Assembly: GCF_009914755.1 (NCBI RefSeq)
Contig: NC_060928.1
Length of the DNA: 64,000 nucleotides
Strand: one strand, 5' to 3'
Source: the human T2T-CHM13v2.0 reference genome, Homo sapiens
Shown: positions 26,801 to 42,316 of the stretch, one piece after another
Layout of the letters: the number at the start of each line of letters is the position of its first letter
Numbering within the stretch: the stretch's first letter is position 1
Notes under the pieces: model-generated
The model's input: the letters and a program-made list of their open reading frames with translations, nothing else
Databases searched by the model: none
What the model was told of the DNA's origin: nothing
Made by a program: the position numbers and the translations under genes

Positions 26801-28433
26801 TTATAGAACTTACAGTATTCTGCTAAAAACATTTTATGTAAAAACAGCATTGCCTTTCCACTAGAAGACTGACCTTTTCACAGAGGAGGGGGTGGCTGCA
26901 CAAATAGGTGAAATGTCTGGAAGCCAAGCAACCATGAAATAACGTGGGGACTCAAATCCACCTGATGTGAGAGGTCACAAGCCCAGGGCAGTGAGGCCAC
27001 CTCAGTCTTCTCATGTGGAGAGTCTCCTTCCTCTGGCATCCTTGTAGGACTGAAATTTGATCTTACTAATAAAGTTTATGGTTTCCCTTACAGTTCCTTA
27101 AATACTTATTTGAATATGTATTTTTCATTCCCCTCTAGACTCTGAAAACTTGAAGGAAAGAGGCTATATCGGATTTATTATTTAATTCTCACAGACTTTG
27201 GCACTTTAGGGACATCTGAAAAACTTTGTTGAATGAATAAATTGTTTTATTCCATGGATGGGGACAAGAAAGTCTCTATTTTGTTTACTTCATTCATTTA
27301 ACAAATAGTGTTTGAACCTGTAGCAGGAGAAAGGCACTTGGTTAGATCTGGGTGGCAGGGAACAAAAAGGAGCCAGGTCAAACTTTCACAAAAACTAGAT
27401 TTAAATGAGAAAAGTAAACATTTACCGAATACTCACATCAATAACTGTTTAACATCAAACTTTGGTAAATACTGCAAAGAAAAATGAAAGAGTGAGGCAC
27501 AAGATATAAAGAGGGAGTGATACCTTACTTAGATTATGGAGAGGCAGGCAAGGAAGGCCTCTTTGAAGAGCTCATTTGAAATAAGCTTTAAAAAAATAAT
27601 TTGGAATTAACTGGGGTGGGGTGGTGGATAGGGAAAAGAGAGAGAGAGAGAAGACAGGTGGGAGGAGAAAATGTGTTGAGAGGAGAAATTTCATAATTTA
27701 ATGAAGAAGGGATATAATTTGATTATATCAAGTTTCAGAGACATAAAATAGTTTGCTGAATTGGAGACACCAACTGAAAGTACAGGAAAGTGAAAAAATT
27801 CTATAGTGGTAGGTAGGTAGAGGCCAAAAATGCAAATCCCATTAGTCCATTTAGACCTTGTTAAGGCCTTTTATCCTAAAAACAAGCTGGCATAGAAACG
27901 GCTTCTAGATAGTGGCCTCAACAGACATCTAACAGCTTTTAAAGGGACAGTACTAGTTTGGGACCAGCCTGACTTTTAGAATCTTGAAATTTCATTGGTA
28001 ACACTTTCTGGCCTCCCATGAAACATCTGTCAGAACACATTCAAGGTAAGAAATGTAGGCTGACTTACCTCTGTACCTTTCCTAATTCCCGAATTATCTC
28101 AGGGTGACTCTTCCTCTCCCTGCTCCTCTGTTACACAGAGTTAGAGACCTCTCTCCTTCTAGAACTAGTCACTGGCAACCAAATCTTATATGCATTATAA
28201 TTACTTGTGGGAGTTTTTATGCACCCCCCCCGACTGCACTCCAGAGGTACTGATTTATCAAATACAAAAAAACCCTGTATTTTTAAAAAGCTTTTCAGGT
28301 GATTCTTACATGTAACCAGTATTGTGAATGATGTTTTTAGGCATATATTGAAAAAAATGTGATATTCTGATAACATCTTCTCATAGTGAAGCAAAGGAGA
28401 GAAAACATTTCCTTAGACAGATGAAGGGAGCTT

Positions 28434-28734
<301 letters not shown>

Positions 28735-30070
28735 GATGAATGGAGCTTTCCTTAGTCATGTAATAATTACTTTTACATGTAATAGCTAAAGTTCAATCTC
28801 TTCCAAAATATAATTGTTCAGAGAATTCTGGGAAGACTAGGAAGCACCAGAAATTTGTCTCCCACCAAAAATCTACACCTCCCCGCAATTGTTATAAGCC
28901 CCTGCCCCTCAGGCTGAAGTTAATTCCGAGGGATATAAAGTACCACTGGCCTTTCCCCATACCCCTTCATTTTTCTGTTTTTTCTGCCTTTGGGAGCCAG
29001 ACAATATAGACTAGGACATTCAAAAGCAACTGCAAAATGGGGAAAATGAGAAAGTGAACACTTATGCCCAGGGAAAAATACAGGCTCAGAAAATACCTCA
29101 GAAGACCTTAAATTTATACTTCAGGCTGATCCTTGTTGTAGAAACAACCTAAAACAATTTTTAAAAATACACAAAATGAATAACAGAAAACAGCAAAACC
29201 TGAAGAAGGGAGAGAATCTGATTTCTAGGATTCTCACGTTACATTCAAATGTCCAGTTTTCCCCAAAAAGGTGTACAAGAAAACAAGAAAGCACTGTCAT
29301 TCAAAGGAAAAAAAATTGTTCAATAGAACCTGTCCTCTGAAGTAGGCCTAATGGCAAATCTATTAGAAAAAGATTTTAAAACTATTGTCTAAAAGATGCT
29401 CAAAGAACTAAAGGAGGATGTGGAGAAAGCCAGGAAAACAGTGCATGAACAATATGGAAATATTAATAAAGAGATAGAAGAACTAAAAAGAAACGAGCAA
29501 TTCTGGAGCTGAAAAGTACACTAACTGAACAGAAAGGTTCATTAGGTGGGTTCAGAGGCAGATTTGAGCAGGAAGAAGAAAGAATCAGCAAATGTAAAGA
29601 AAAGACAGTGAAAAACATCAAGTCTAAGGAATATAAAGAAAAGAGATTAAATAAAAGTGAACAGAGCCTAAGAGACATATGGAATACCGTCAAGTGAACC
29701 AATGTACACATTGTGGGAAATAGAAGAAAAGGAGAGAAAGAGACAGAATATTTGAAGAAATAATGGCTGAAAACATCCCAGTTTGATGAAAGTCTTGACT
29801 AAAAATATGCAAGAAGCTCAGCAAACTCCAAGCAAGATGAACTGAAAGAGACCAACACTGAGACACATATTTAATCAATTTTCGAAAAGTCAAAGAAAAG
29901 GATTTTTTTTAATTAGCCTATACCATGCTTCGAAAAAAAGAGAGAATCTTGAACTCAGTGAGAATGAAGCAACTCATCACAGGTAGGTGATCCTCAATAA
30001 GATTATCAGCAGATATAGCCACAGAAACTTTGGACTCTGAAGGCAATAGGCCAATATATTCAAAGTTTTA

Positions 30071-30531
<461 letters not shown>

Positions 30532-30733
30532 TTAAGACACTAATGCATTTAAAGTAATTATGGACTTATCTTGGAGGTATTGCAGGTTTGATTTCAGACT
30601 GTGGCAATGAAGTGAATATCACAATAAAACAATTCACACAAAATGCTTGGTTTTCCAGTGCATAAGTTAGGTTTATACCACTATACTGTAGTCTACTAAG
30701 TGTGTAATAGTATTATGTCTAAAATGCAATGTA

Positions 30734-30774
30734 TTAGGTTGGTGCAAAAGTAATTGCAGATTTTGCCATTACTT
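30734..30774. mobile_element. Half MADE1 (Hsmar1-derived MITE) inside Tigger1
   Basis: ttaggttggtgcaaaagtaattgcagattttgccattacttt matches the recalled MADE1/Hsmar1 TIR; the second arm is absent. Confidence 0.85.
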
Positions 30775-31050
30775 TTTACTTACCTTAAATAAAAATACTT
30801 TATTGCTGAAAAATGCTAACAATCATCTGAGCCTTCAATGAGTCCTGAACTTTTTGCTGATGGAGGGTCTTGCCTCAGTGTTGTTAGCTGCTGACTGATC
30901 AGGGTAGTGGCTGTTGAAGATTGGAATTGCTGGGGTAATTTATTAAACTAAGACAACAAAAAGGTTTGCCATATTGATTGACTCTGCCTTTCACAATAGA
31001 TTTCTTTGTAGCATTTCATGGTGCTTGAGAGCATTTTACCCACATTATAA

Positions 31051-31543
<493 letters not shown>

Positions 31544-33599
31544 GTTCAAGTTTTGTCATAGAATTACAGCAATTCAGTTTCATCTTTAGGTTCTACTTAT
31601 AATTCTAGTTCTCTTGCTATTTCCACCACATATGTGCTTACTTCCTCCACTGAAGTCTTGCACACTTCACACTCATGCATGAGGGATGGAATCAACTTCT
31701 TACAAACTCCTGTTAATGTTTATAGTTTGACCTCCTCCCAGAAATCATAAATGTTCTTAATGACATCTAGGATGGTGAGTCCTTTCCAGAAGGTTTTCAG
31801 TTTGCTTTGCTCAGATCCATCAGAAGGATCATTATCTATGACAGCTATATCCTTAAAAAATGTATTCTTAAATAATATCCACGTGCCACAGTATGGATGC
31901 TGTGTTAGCAGGCACAAAGACAACTCTAATCTCCTTGCACATTCCCATTAGAGCTCTTGGGTGACCAGGTGTATTATCAGTAAGCAGTAACATTTTGAAA
32001 GCAATCTTTTTTTTTTTTTTTTTTTTTTTCCGAGCATTAGTTCTCAGCAGTGGGCTTAAAATGCCATGCTATAAACAGATGTGCTGACATTCAGACTTTG
32101 TTGTTCCATTTCTAGTGCGCAGAGTAGATTTGGCATCATTCTTGAGGGCCCTAGGATGTTCTGAATGGTAAATGAGCATTGGCTTCAACTTAAAGCCACC
32201 AGCTGCATCAAACCCTAACAAGAAAGTCAGCTTGTCCTGTGAAGATTGGAAGCCAGGCATTGACTTCTACTCTCTAGCTATGAAAGTCCTAGATGGCATG
32301 TTCTTACAATATAAAGGCTGTTTGATCTACATTGAAGAATTTGTTGTTTAGTGTGGCCACCATCTTCAGTGATCTCATTTAGATCTTCAGGATCACTTGA
32401 TGCAGCTTTTATTTACACCAGCATTTGCTGCTTCATGTTGCCCTTTCATGTTATGGAGATGCTTCTTCACTTTAACCTCATCAACCAACCTCTGCTAGCT
32501 TCCAACTTCTTTTCTTCAGCTTCTTCACCTCTCTCAGGTTTAAGAGAATTGAAGAGAGTTAGGCCTTGCTCTGGAATAGGCTTTGGCTTAAGGGAATGCT
32601 GTGGCTGGTTTGATCTTCCATCCAGACCACTAGAACTTTCTCCATATTGGAATAAGGCTGTTTCGCTTTCTTATCATTCATGTGTTCACTAGATTAGCAC
32701 TTTTACTGTCCTTTAAGAATCTTTACTCCGCATTCACAACTTGGCTAACTGTTGCAAGACTCTTCAGTCTTCCTGGCTTTTGACATGCTTTCCTCACTAA
32801 ACTTAATCATTTGTACCTTTTGATTTAAAGTGAAAGACATGCAACACTTTCACTTGAACACTTAGAGGTGATTAAGTTCATCTTAAGTTCACAGGACACC
32901 AAAATAATCACAATAGTAACATCAGAGATCACTGATCACAAAAATGAATATCATCATAATGAAGAAGTGTGAAATATTGTGAGAATTGCCAAAATGTGAC
33001 AGAGACACAAAGTGACTGTGTGTCGTTAGTAAAAAAAACACTGATAGATTTGCTCTATGCAGGGTTCCCACAAAGCTTTGATTTGTGAAAAATGCAGTAT
33101 CTGTGTGTGTGATAAAACGCACAACAAAACAAGGTATGCCTGTATTAGTTTATGTTTTGGGGCACACAGTGTATACAAATATGATTTTAAGACATCAACC
33201 AAAAGGAGTAGGGACGAACCTGTAAGGGAGCACAGAGGTGGATGTTATTGAGGTGAAGCTGGTAAAAATTCCAATTAGATTGGCATAACTTTAGGATGTC
33301 AGATGTAATCCCCATGGTAGCCACAAAGAAAAATCGCTATAAAATATGTAAAAATGGAAATGAGAAAGAAATGTAAACGTTTTAATATAAAATATCAAGT
33401 GAACACAAAAGAAGACAGTAATGCAGAAAATTATTGACAAAAAACTACAAACCATATAGAAAACAAGTAGCAAACTGTTAGAAGTCCCTTTGTTGTTAGT
33501 AATTACTTTAAATGTAAATGCATTAAACACTCCAATTAAAGGATTGGCCAAATGGATTAAAAACCATAATCCAAATATATGTTACGTGCAGGAGGCTCA

Positions 33600-33746
33600 C
33601 TTTATTTTTTTTTAATTTTGAAATTTTTTATGAGATATGGGATCTCACTATGTTGCCCAGGCTGGACTCGAACTCCTGGGCTCAAATGGTCCTCCTGCTT
33701 CAGCCTCCCGGGTTGCTATCACTACAGGCATATACTACTGCGCCTG
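33600..33746 (-). mobile_element. Alu monomer (FLAM-like)
   Basis: gagatatgggatctcactatgttgcccaggctgg... Confidence 0.8.
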
Positions 33747-34497
33747 ACATTGAGATTCACTTTAGATCCAAAGGCACAAATAGATGGAATGTGAAAGAAT
33801 GAAAAAAAGATGTTCCATGCAAACAGTAACCAGAAGCGAGAAGAGATGGCTATACAAATATTTTTTTAAAAAAGCTTTAAATCAGAAAAGACAAGAACAA
33901 GAGACAAAGGAGGAGACAAAGAAGGACATTGCACACTTAGAGGGTTCAACCCAGCAGAAGTTATAACAAGTATAAACATGCATGCATCTAAAAACAGTCA
34001 ATTAAAATACATAAAGCAAAAACTGAAAATTGCATGGATAAATAATCAGTTCTACAATAATAGTTGGAGATTTTAATATCCCACTGTCAATAATGAATAG
34101 GACAACCAGACAAAAAATAGGTAGGAAATAGTGAACTTAAACAACACATGAATCAGCTATATCTATCAGACAAAATTATGATTACAAAAAGAAGCATGGT
34201 GGTTACCAGGGGCTGGAGGGAGGGGAGAATGAGGGGTTATTGTTTAATGGTAATAGCATTTCCATTTTACAAGATGAAAAAGGTTATGGAGATGGATGGT
34301 GGTGATGGTTGCCCAACATTATGAATGTATTTAATACTACTGATTGTACACTTAAAATAATATGATGGCAAATTTATGTTATGTAAAAAACAATTTAAAA
34401 AACTAGAAAAAAATGAGAAAAAAGCCAATAAAAATTATTCTTGTTATTTATTTTAATTTGATAGATGAGCTCTTAATAGAATAACAGTGACAGAGTC

Positions 34498-34765
34498 TGT
34501 GTCTCAGTCAGCTCAAGCCACCATAACCAAATCCCATAGACTGGGTTACTTAAACAACAAAAGTTTATTTCTCACAGAAAAAAATTATTTCTCACAGGAG
34601 GTTTAAAGTCCAAGATCAAGGTGCTGGCATTTTCAGTTTCTGGTAGGGGCTCTCTTTCTGGCTTGTAGACAGCCACTTTTTAACTATATTTTTACATGGC
34701 AGGGAGAGAGAGAGGTGAGGGCGTCAATATATGAATTTAGGGGGACACAATTCAGTCCATAGCAG
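34498..34765. mobile_element. MLT1-type LTR fragment
   Basis: cataaccaaatcccatagactgggttacttaaacaac...aagtccaagatcaaggtgctggca...ggggacacaattcagtccatagca. Confidence 0.75.
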
Positions 34766-35019
34766 TCTCTCATTTATTTCTTTAAACTGAATTTTCACCC
34801 TAAAAATCACATAGAAGAGATAGTACAAGGTGATGCTATGCCAGTAATACCAACATTTAAGCACATCACAAAGACAAAACTACACTATTTCCTCTTTCTC
34901 TCTTTCTCTCTCTTTCTCCCTCTCTCTCTTTCTCCCTCTTTCTTTTCTATTTTCTTAATTCTATTTTTTCTCTTAAAATTTTTAATCGATGATAAAATGT
35001 CTGTATAGAAAAGGAGGTT

Positions 35020-35550
35020 GTATACTGTTAAGAGCATGAGCTCTGGAATCAAACTACTACCTGGTTTTGAACCCCTGATCATTACTCACTACCTATGTGA
35101 CACTGGGAAAACCAGTTATACTATTAAAGCCTCCATGTCCTCATCTGCAAGACAGAGATGATGATAAGTTACCTCATAGGGTTGTTATGAATTTTAAATA
35201 ATACCATAGAAAACTTTCTATGGTACCCAACATAGCAATCTCTCAGCTAATGTCAATTATGCTTATGGGAAGACTTTACATTTCAAAATAGCAAGCAATA
35301 TTACAGATATTCTTCCATGACCAAAGGGAAGGCAGAGAGAAAAGGTAGTAAAGTCAATCGAGCAACTACAGGTGGCCAAGCTCTTTGCCAGGTAGTTCAT
35401 GTACATCATTTGCATTTCCTCGAAGTAGCCTTATGAGATAAGAATTTTCATTTTTACAGATGGAGAAACTGAGGCTCCATCAGTTAAGTAACCAAGAGCC
35501 ACATACCGAACAATTCAGAGAGTCCAGTGTGTCTGATTCCAAAGTCACAT
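35020..35550. mobile_element. Two MIR fragments in opposite orientation
   Basis: ctcatctgcaagacagagatgatgat...cctcatagggttgttatga and tttacagatggagaaactgaggctc. Confidence 0.7.
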
Positions 35551-38500
35551 GGTGTTTCCACAACGAAACATTGTTTCCTCCCAGATGTGTGTTGGCTCGG
35601 GGGGCAGGACTATATTTTAAAGCACATCGCATTTAGGCAGGCTCCTAAATTATTTAGCTGGCATGTACATGCGAATATCGTCATCATCCTTCAGCGTTTG
35701 TATTCGGTGCTCATACTCCACTCAATCTCTCCTCCCCAAAATGGCTGGTTCTGGAACCCCTAAGCACTTGGCAGCATGTTACCAACTCTCAGACAGGAAG
35801 TTTTCATTCTCTTCCACAGTTGATAGTCGATGCCTGAGACTTTAAGGAGCCACACTGCGGGCTTGAGAGACGCTGGGAGTCGCAGTCAGGACTGCGAAAG
35901 AACTCAAGTGATGATTCACCTCCTGAGGTCTACTTGCTCACATCTCTATGGCAGATACCGGGCTGCGAATTGTGGCTCCCTTTTGACTAAACCTTTTCAC
36001 TCCCTGCTTAGCCTGGTCTCTATCCTGGGTCACTGCCACTGTGAGTAGTTTCGCTTCTAATTCTGGCCATCTGGACCTCTACTTCCCAGTTCCTGATTTT
36101 TGCCTCCACAAAGTGAAGGATGCCCAGGCCCTGAGAGCAAGCACGTACTCCACTGCCCTTTGCTGCCCTCTGCTGACCATAACTGGAAATGATGGTTACT
36201 CTTTCAGGCCCTGTCTCAAGGCAGGTACTACAGTGAGAAGAACGAAGCCTGGAACACAAAATTTTGAGGGTGAGCCCCCAAACTAACTAAATTAGATAAA
36301 TAATATTTTAATGCAATAGTTTTAAAAGTCAAAATAACTGTAAAAAATACATGATGAACAAAATATGTAAATGTACCCTAAATCATACTCCTAGCTTCTG
36401 TGTACACAAGCCATGGCATCTGTCTTTTTATTAAAGGGAAAGTCCTAGTATCACAGTAGAAAACCATGCTACCAGTATTGATCACCTTTTTTCCATCATT
36501 CACATAGATTTTTAAAACTCACAAAATTTAGAAGAAATAAACAGCAAAAATGAGAACGTCCAAGTGGAGCAGATATACTAGGTGACTCCTGAAGAAAGTA
36601 GGTAATTAAGAGAACAGAAGAAAAATTGATCTTTCAACAAATATTAACATCTTCATAGTTAAGAAGCAAATGAATGGGTGGCTAGAATCAAGCACAGTAA
36701 AAAATGTTTATGTTTTATGTTTAATTTCTTGGATATTAAAGATATAGGCTAAATGAATAATTTCATAAGAAGGCTTGAAGATTGAGTTTATGGACTCCTT
36801 TTCTATCTTGTCACTTGGAACATTCATCGTTCAGTATTAATGAACTAGATTACATTTTCTCCCCTTAATAGGTAGACTCATGCTATTTGATCAATCAATA
36901 AGGGGTAATTCAATAATCAGGATAATGAAAATGCTATTTCAATTTGTAGAGTCAACAAATCAACGAAACTGGAAGACAATAATAACTATAAAAGAGAATC
37001 TAACTAGTATTAAAATTGATAATGGAAAAAACACAAAAGTCTGAATGTTAAGGTAGCAGAGAGATGTGGCCAGCAATGTCAGACACAAATTCTTGTACCT
37101 TCTATAGCAAGGAATCAACATACTAAAATTGATGTAACAAAATATAGAGCTTGAACATATTCTTTAAAATTATAAAGATAACCACCAGAAGAAAATAATA
37201 TGACTAGAAAAACTCAGGAGTAGATGGATAAAGAAATACGAACTAAGTTTCTCATCTTTCAATAGATGTGACCTAAAGTTGAAAAACAACAACAAAAAAA
37301 ATAGTAATATTAACATATGCTTAAAGGTATGGTGATAACCACTAACAGAACAAAACATGTTTGAAAATAAGGAGCTAGATTAGACGTGGGGAGTGGGGGA
37401 ATGAAGACAGGTGGATAATTTACTCTTCACTTGGTACCATTCTGTACTGTTTGATTTTATTAACTTATGAGCATATTAATTTTACACTATAAAAGTTAAA
37501 AAAATGAAAACAAAACTTTCTGCAGCTGCAGCTCTTGGCACTATTTCTTTCCCCAGCTGCAGTCACTCTCCTCATACTCATGGTTAGGTCCAATTGAGAC
37601 AGGAAGAAATTAAAGGGCAACAGAAAAAGTACCTGCCCTGAAGTTCAGGGTTTCTGGGGTCTTCTTTCAATTTACTGTGTTCTGTCTTTACAGGGGCCTA
37701 ATTCTTTGGAATACTAACTTTTGACTATTTCAGTCCATCAGATCTAGAATCTCCTTAAAGCTTTGCTAAACTTTGACATCATTCTCTTATTTCTTGAGAA
37801 GAGTAAGCTTGACTCCCTGGCTCTTTCTGTGATCCTTGAGTTTTAACTTCTTTTTTTTTTTTTTTTAATTTTGACTATGGTTAACTATTGGTCAGCTGGG
37901 ACCAACCTGACCTGCCCAGGTAGGAATGAAAAGCATATGGAATAGTGGTGACAATTACTATTATCTGAATAAATACAATATGATATATTATTAAGTTAAA
38001 ATAGTGCTAAGGGAGTAGAGTGATGGTCACTACTCCATTCCTCATGTTTCCACAAAGGAGAGACTTCACGCTCCTAGAGAGAACGCACCTGAAGATATTT
38101 GGGAATAGAGGTTTAATCTAGACTAATCACAGTCTTGCACTGAAGTGCTAAAAGCATGAAATGCAAGACATGAAGAAATCAAAACATCTAAATTTTCTAA
38201 GAAGGAATAATGTCTCAAATGTCATTCACTGAGAAAGTAGGTAATATACATGGGGAGTTTGCCAGAAGCATTGCCACTACACCTACCACCACCACCACCA
38301 CACACACACATACACACACACACACTAAACATGTGGAAGCATAATTGTTGATGGGCAGTTTCTGCTCAGTGTATATAGATTTACAGCCTGTGAACTCTTG
38401 ACACTGGCACCGCTGGCTGGCCCTCCCTGGAACAGAAACCCAGCTGTTTTCAGGTCCTTCTGTCTACAACACAGGTACCATTAAGTTATCTGCCATGCTC

Positions 38501-41500
38501 TTTGGGTGGCGACAACCGTGTCAAAAAAGATTACACCATTCACTTAATTTGGGGACCATAATTTTGCTTGTAATAACTTACATAGTGGAGCCACAGTTTC
38601 TTTTGTGATTAGTTACCCCTTGGAGAGCTGAATTACTTAGAAATTTGAATTAATTTTGAAAAGACTGAAGAAGCTGTAACCATTCCTATGAAAGACGGCC
38701 CAGGTTATAGCTGAACTTATAGGAACCCAGAGATCAGTGTAAGACCCTCTGGCTGAGAATGAGCCAATTGTATAGAATTGGGAATGAAGGAATTTGACCT
38801 TAATTTCTATGGGCTTTTCATTTGCAAGGGAATTTAGTCTGGAGGGTTAAAAAATGAGAAGAGTTTCATATTGTTCAACTTTAGAATATTTTTATGTTGT
38901 TGATCTGGTCTTGGCATTCATGAATACATTCATGAATGTATACATGAATATAAAATGAATACATTCATTAATTCTGGACAACATGACTGAGCATAATCAG
39001 TAATAGGAAATAGAATGGGGAATACATTTTCTGCTTAGGGTGCTGCATGCAGTTCTGTCTGACTCATGTTGCTAGAGACTTTTGTTGGCAAAAAGCGAAA
39101 TGCCCATTGGCAGCTCTGGAGGGAATTAGTGTGGAAAGAAGGAGGGTTTAGGAAAGTGAGAACATGACGGCCCTGTGAGCAAGCAACTTCCCTGCTGAGA
39201 GGAACAGCCCACCCTGGCTTACTTCCAAGTTGCTTAAGTCCAGTGGGTTATGACATTGTTTCCCAGCCTTCCTTCATATGTGGCCTTCGTGTCTGCATAT
39301 CGCTCACACTAATACTGATATAATATTTTTCCTTAAATATTGTGTATACTTTTAAAATCTTTCGCTCAATTTTTTACTCATGATAAACAATGTTACATAT
39401 TTTTCTGATTACAACATATATATTACTAAAACTTTTTAAAAAAATGCCTGTCATCATGCTACCTAAAATCAACTTACATAATGCCAGTGGAACACACACT
39501 GTAATATACCAAGAGATGAAAAAGCTGGCAAATAGCAGGAGGGATGCTTGTTACTCCACTCTTAGGGTTTCTGTTCCAATCCTGATGACAGAAAACAGCA
39601 CTGGAGTAACGTTCTGGGGCCCTCTCTCCACTTTTTCTCTCAGCCCATCCCAAGCAGCAAAGAAGAAATTTTTCCATGGCTTGTAGCAGCTCGAGTACAG
39701 TGCTTTCTAATTTTGCCCTTGGCAATTCAGCATGCAAGGCTTCCTCCTAGGTTGGAGTTGGGCTGGAGAAGGAAGAATGAAGTTGTCTGGCCCTTCCACC
39801 TGTGACTACACAGGCTGCTTGGTTCACTTAAGAAGGAGTAGCAAACCCTATTTCTGACTTAAGTGTAAGGCTCATTCTCCAATCCAGCTTTACTATAGAG
39901 TGCTGTAATTTGGGTAATAATACATATAATAAATTTCAATCTTCTTCTGTTTCCTGCATCTATGTCTCAAGTTGGTTAAAACTCACAAAGTAGAAGGATC
40001 AGGATTACATGTTAAACACAAATTCCAACACACCTTTGGTTACAAAAACAAGTGAAAGAATTAGAGAAGAAATGTTGCTGGAAAGAAAATGAATGCTCCT
40101 GTTTTAAAGCAAAATGCCCTGTGTGAACATTTAATGGCAGTATTATGAAAAGTTAATGCAATATTCAAATATTTTGACTACAAGTTCTTACTTCCTCAAT
40201 TTGGAGTGAGATTCACACGGTATTCTAGTCTTTTTGTAGCTAAGTCTGGAGCAGGAGAACCCTCCTCTGTCCCCTAGACTCTGAGAGGAAACAAGATATA
40301 ATAAAAGGATTTGGTTCCTATTGGTTTGGGAATTGGGCCAGCACATGGATTCTGGATGTTTGCAGTTGGGCAAATTACTTAACCTTCCTGAATCTTAGTT
40401 CTTAAATCTATAAAGTGGGGATATCAATTCTCACAGGGTTGTTGCAAGGATTGAGATAATGCATGTAATGAATGAATTTGAAGACTGATCCCTTCCCTGC
40501 CCACAAACTGAGCTAAAGATGTTCTATAAAGGATTCAGACTCCCCAGTGTTTCTTCATGGTTTTGCTTTATGGGTCTCCTCTGGGGCGATGGAGGCATCA
40601 GCGGAGTTGTAGAATTTCCATTTTGGATGCAGTCCTTCTCTCCCCACCCTCTTCTCCCTCACAGCCCTAAATTGAGGTTTGGGGGCTGTTCCTTGCTCCA
40701 GAGGACTCCTCATTTGGAACTCAGACTTAATTTCCTTTATCTCATGGCTCTCCCCATGTCCCATCATCAGTTTCTAAGACCACAGCTTGTGGCCCAAGTC
40801 TTCCATTTCCCCACTAACCCCAACCTCCATTCATTTAGGAGTCAGCTGAACAGATGTAAAGCACTTCAGTGGTGCCTGGCATACAGTAGATGATCAATAC
40901 CCATGAATTTCCTTTCCTAGACTTGGAGGCTGTAAGCTTTACAGCCTGTTTTTAAAGAGCTGTACTGACTCTTATGAGTGTGAACACAGTGATCCAATAA
41001 CTGCATGTTAGATATGAAATATTTTGCACATCACAGACCCAATCTTTAAAACCACTAGCATCTGTACTTGGTCAGTGAGACTGCCATTTCAGAAAGAAAT
41101 TCATATCCATGTCTAGGCATCCACTAGATATGTCCATATCTAGAAAGTTTTTTAAAGTGTTTGGACTCTTTCCCTTGCAAGGAAATGGACTATGGGTGGT
41201 CCAGCTTATATTTGGGATGCCTTTTTCCACACAGATAAAATTCCAAGAAAATAAGATTTTGATCTCATGTAAGTTCCTTTGTGCAAACAAGCTTGCATAG
41301 CAAAATGGTGCAGATAAATGTAGATGAAATGGGCTTTGTACAAGTAAATGTAACTATATTATGTTTCTCTGGTATAAAAATAGATCACATGGTGGAGGAC
41401 AAAAATAGGTGACATGGTAACATAAACCAACTTGTGTAATCAGAGGGTCAACTCTGACATTTTTCACTCTAGGCCTTTTCTAATAGTCTTGTTGCTAGGG

Positions 41501-42189
41501 CTACAATGTTTTTGCCAGATTGGAACAGAATTGTCAACTCTAATGAAGATTAAGTAGCTTGCCCAACTACGTTTGTTTTTTTTTTTTTTTTTAGCCTCAG
41601 TGAATACTGCTGGCTTTAAAAGTCATAATTATGAAGAATGGAAATATCTCTAAAAGATCTATTTTTAAAAATATATAACTAATAAAATTTAAAATTGAGT
41701 AGACAGTTTCCATTTCACAGCTATTCCAATATAAACTTTTATCAGTCACATTGAACAAAATAACTAGAAATATTTCATACATTTAAAAAAAGAATAAGAA
41801 ATTATTTACAAGTTAAGCCGCAAACAATTCACCAAAAACTGAGTAATTAAGGTTACTTAACAAACAATTCTTCTGATTAGTTGGAAAATTGTTTCATTAC
41901 TGTTCACAAATTCATACCTGATTTACTCTGTAGACAATATAGATTAGGCATAGGATAAAATCCTCTGTATTTGGTTCCTCCCAATCATTGGTCAAAGTCA
42001 TCTGACAACAGACTATCTGAGGAAAGTGTAAATACAAAGTCACCCAATAAAACATGAATAAGTTTTGCAAAGCACAGTAAAGGAAAACCAGTTTGTTCTG
42101 AACACTTTATTGCTAAAAGGATGTAAAGGGTAAGAGGAAAAAGGTGACGAAACACTCCTTTTGATATGCTTGTTGGGGAGTCAGGATGA

Positions 42190-42316
42190 ACTTCCTTGGC
42201 TAGGGATAGAAGGAAGAGATCACCTAAACTTCAAAAACCACAATACAATTTGCATACTTCCTTGGCCAGGGATAGGAGAGACCACTAAACTTCAAAAACC
42301 ACGACACAATTTGCAT
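42190..42316. repeat. Tandem duplication, two copies of ~61-66 bp
   Basis: acttccttggc(t/c)agggatag...ctaaacttcaaaaaccac..acaatttgcat at 42190-42255 and 42256-42316. Confidence 0.92.

Noticed and set aside
40190-40280. Minus-strand acceptor followed by CAGAGGAGG...CTGCTCCA as a possible ARHGAP20 exon-2 homolog
   Set aside because: No single frame reproduces an RRRSAP-like peptide and the donor is unclear.
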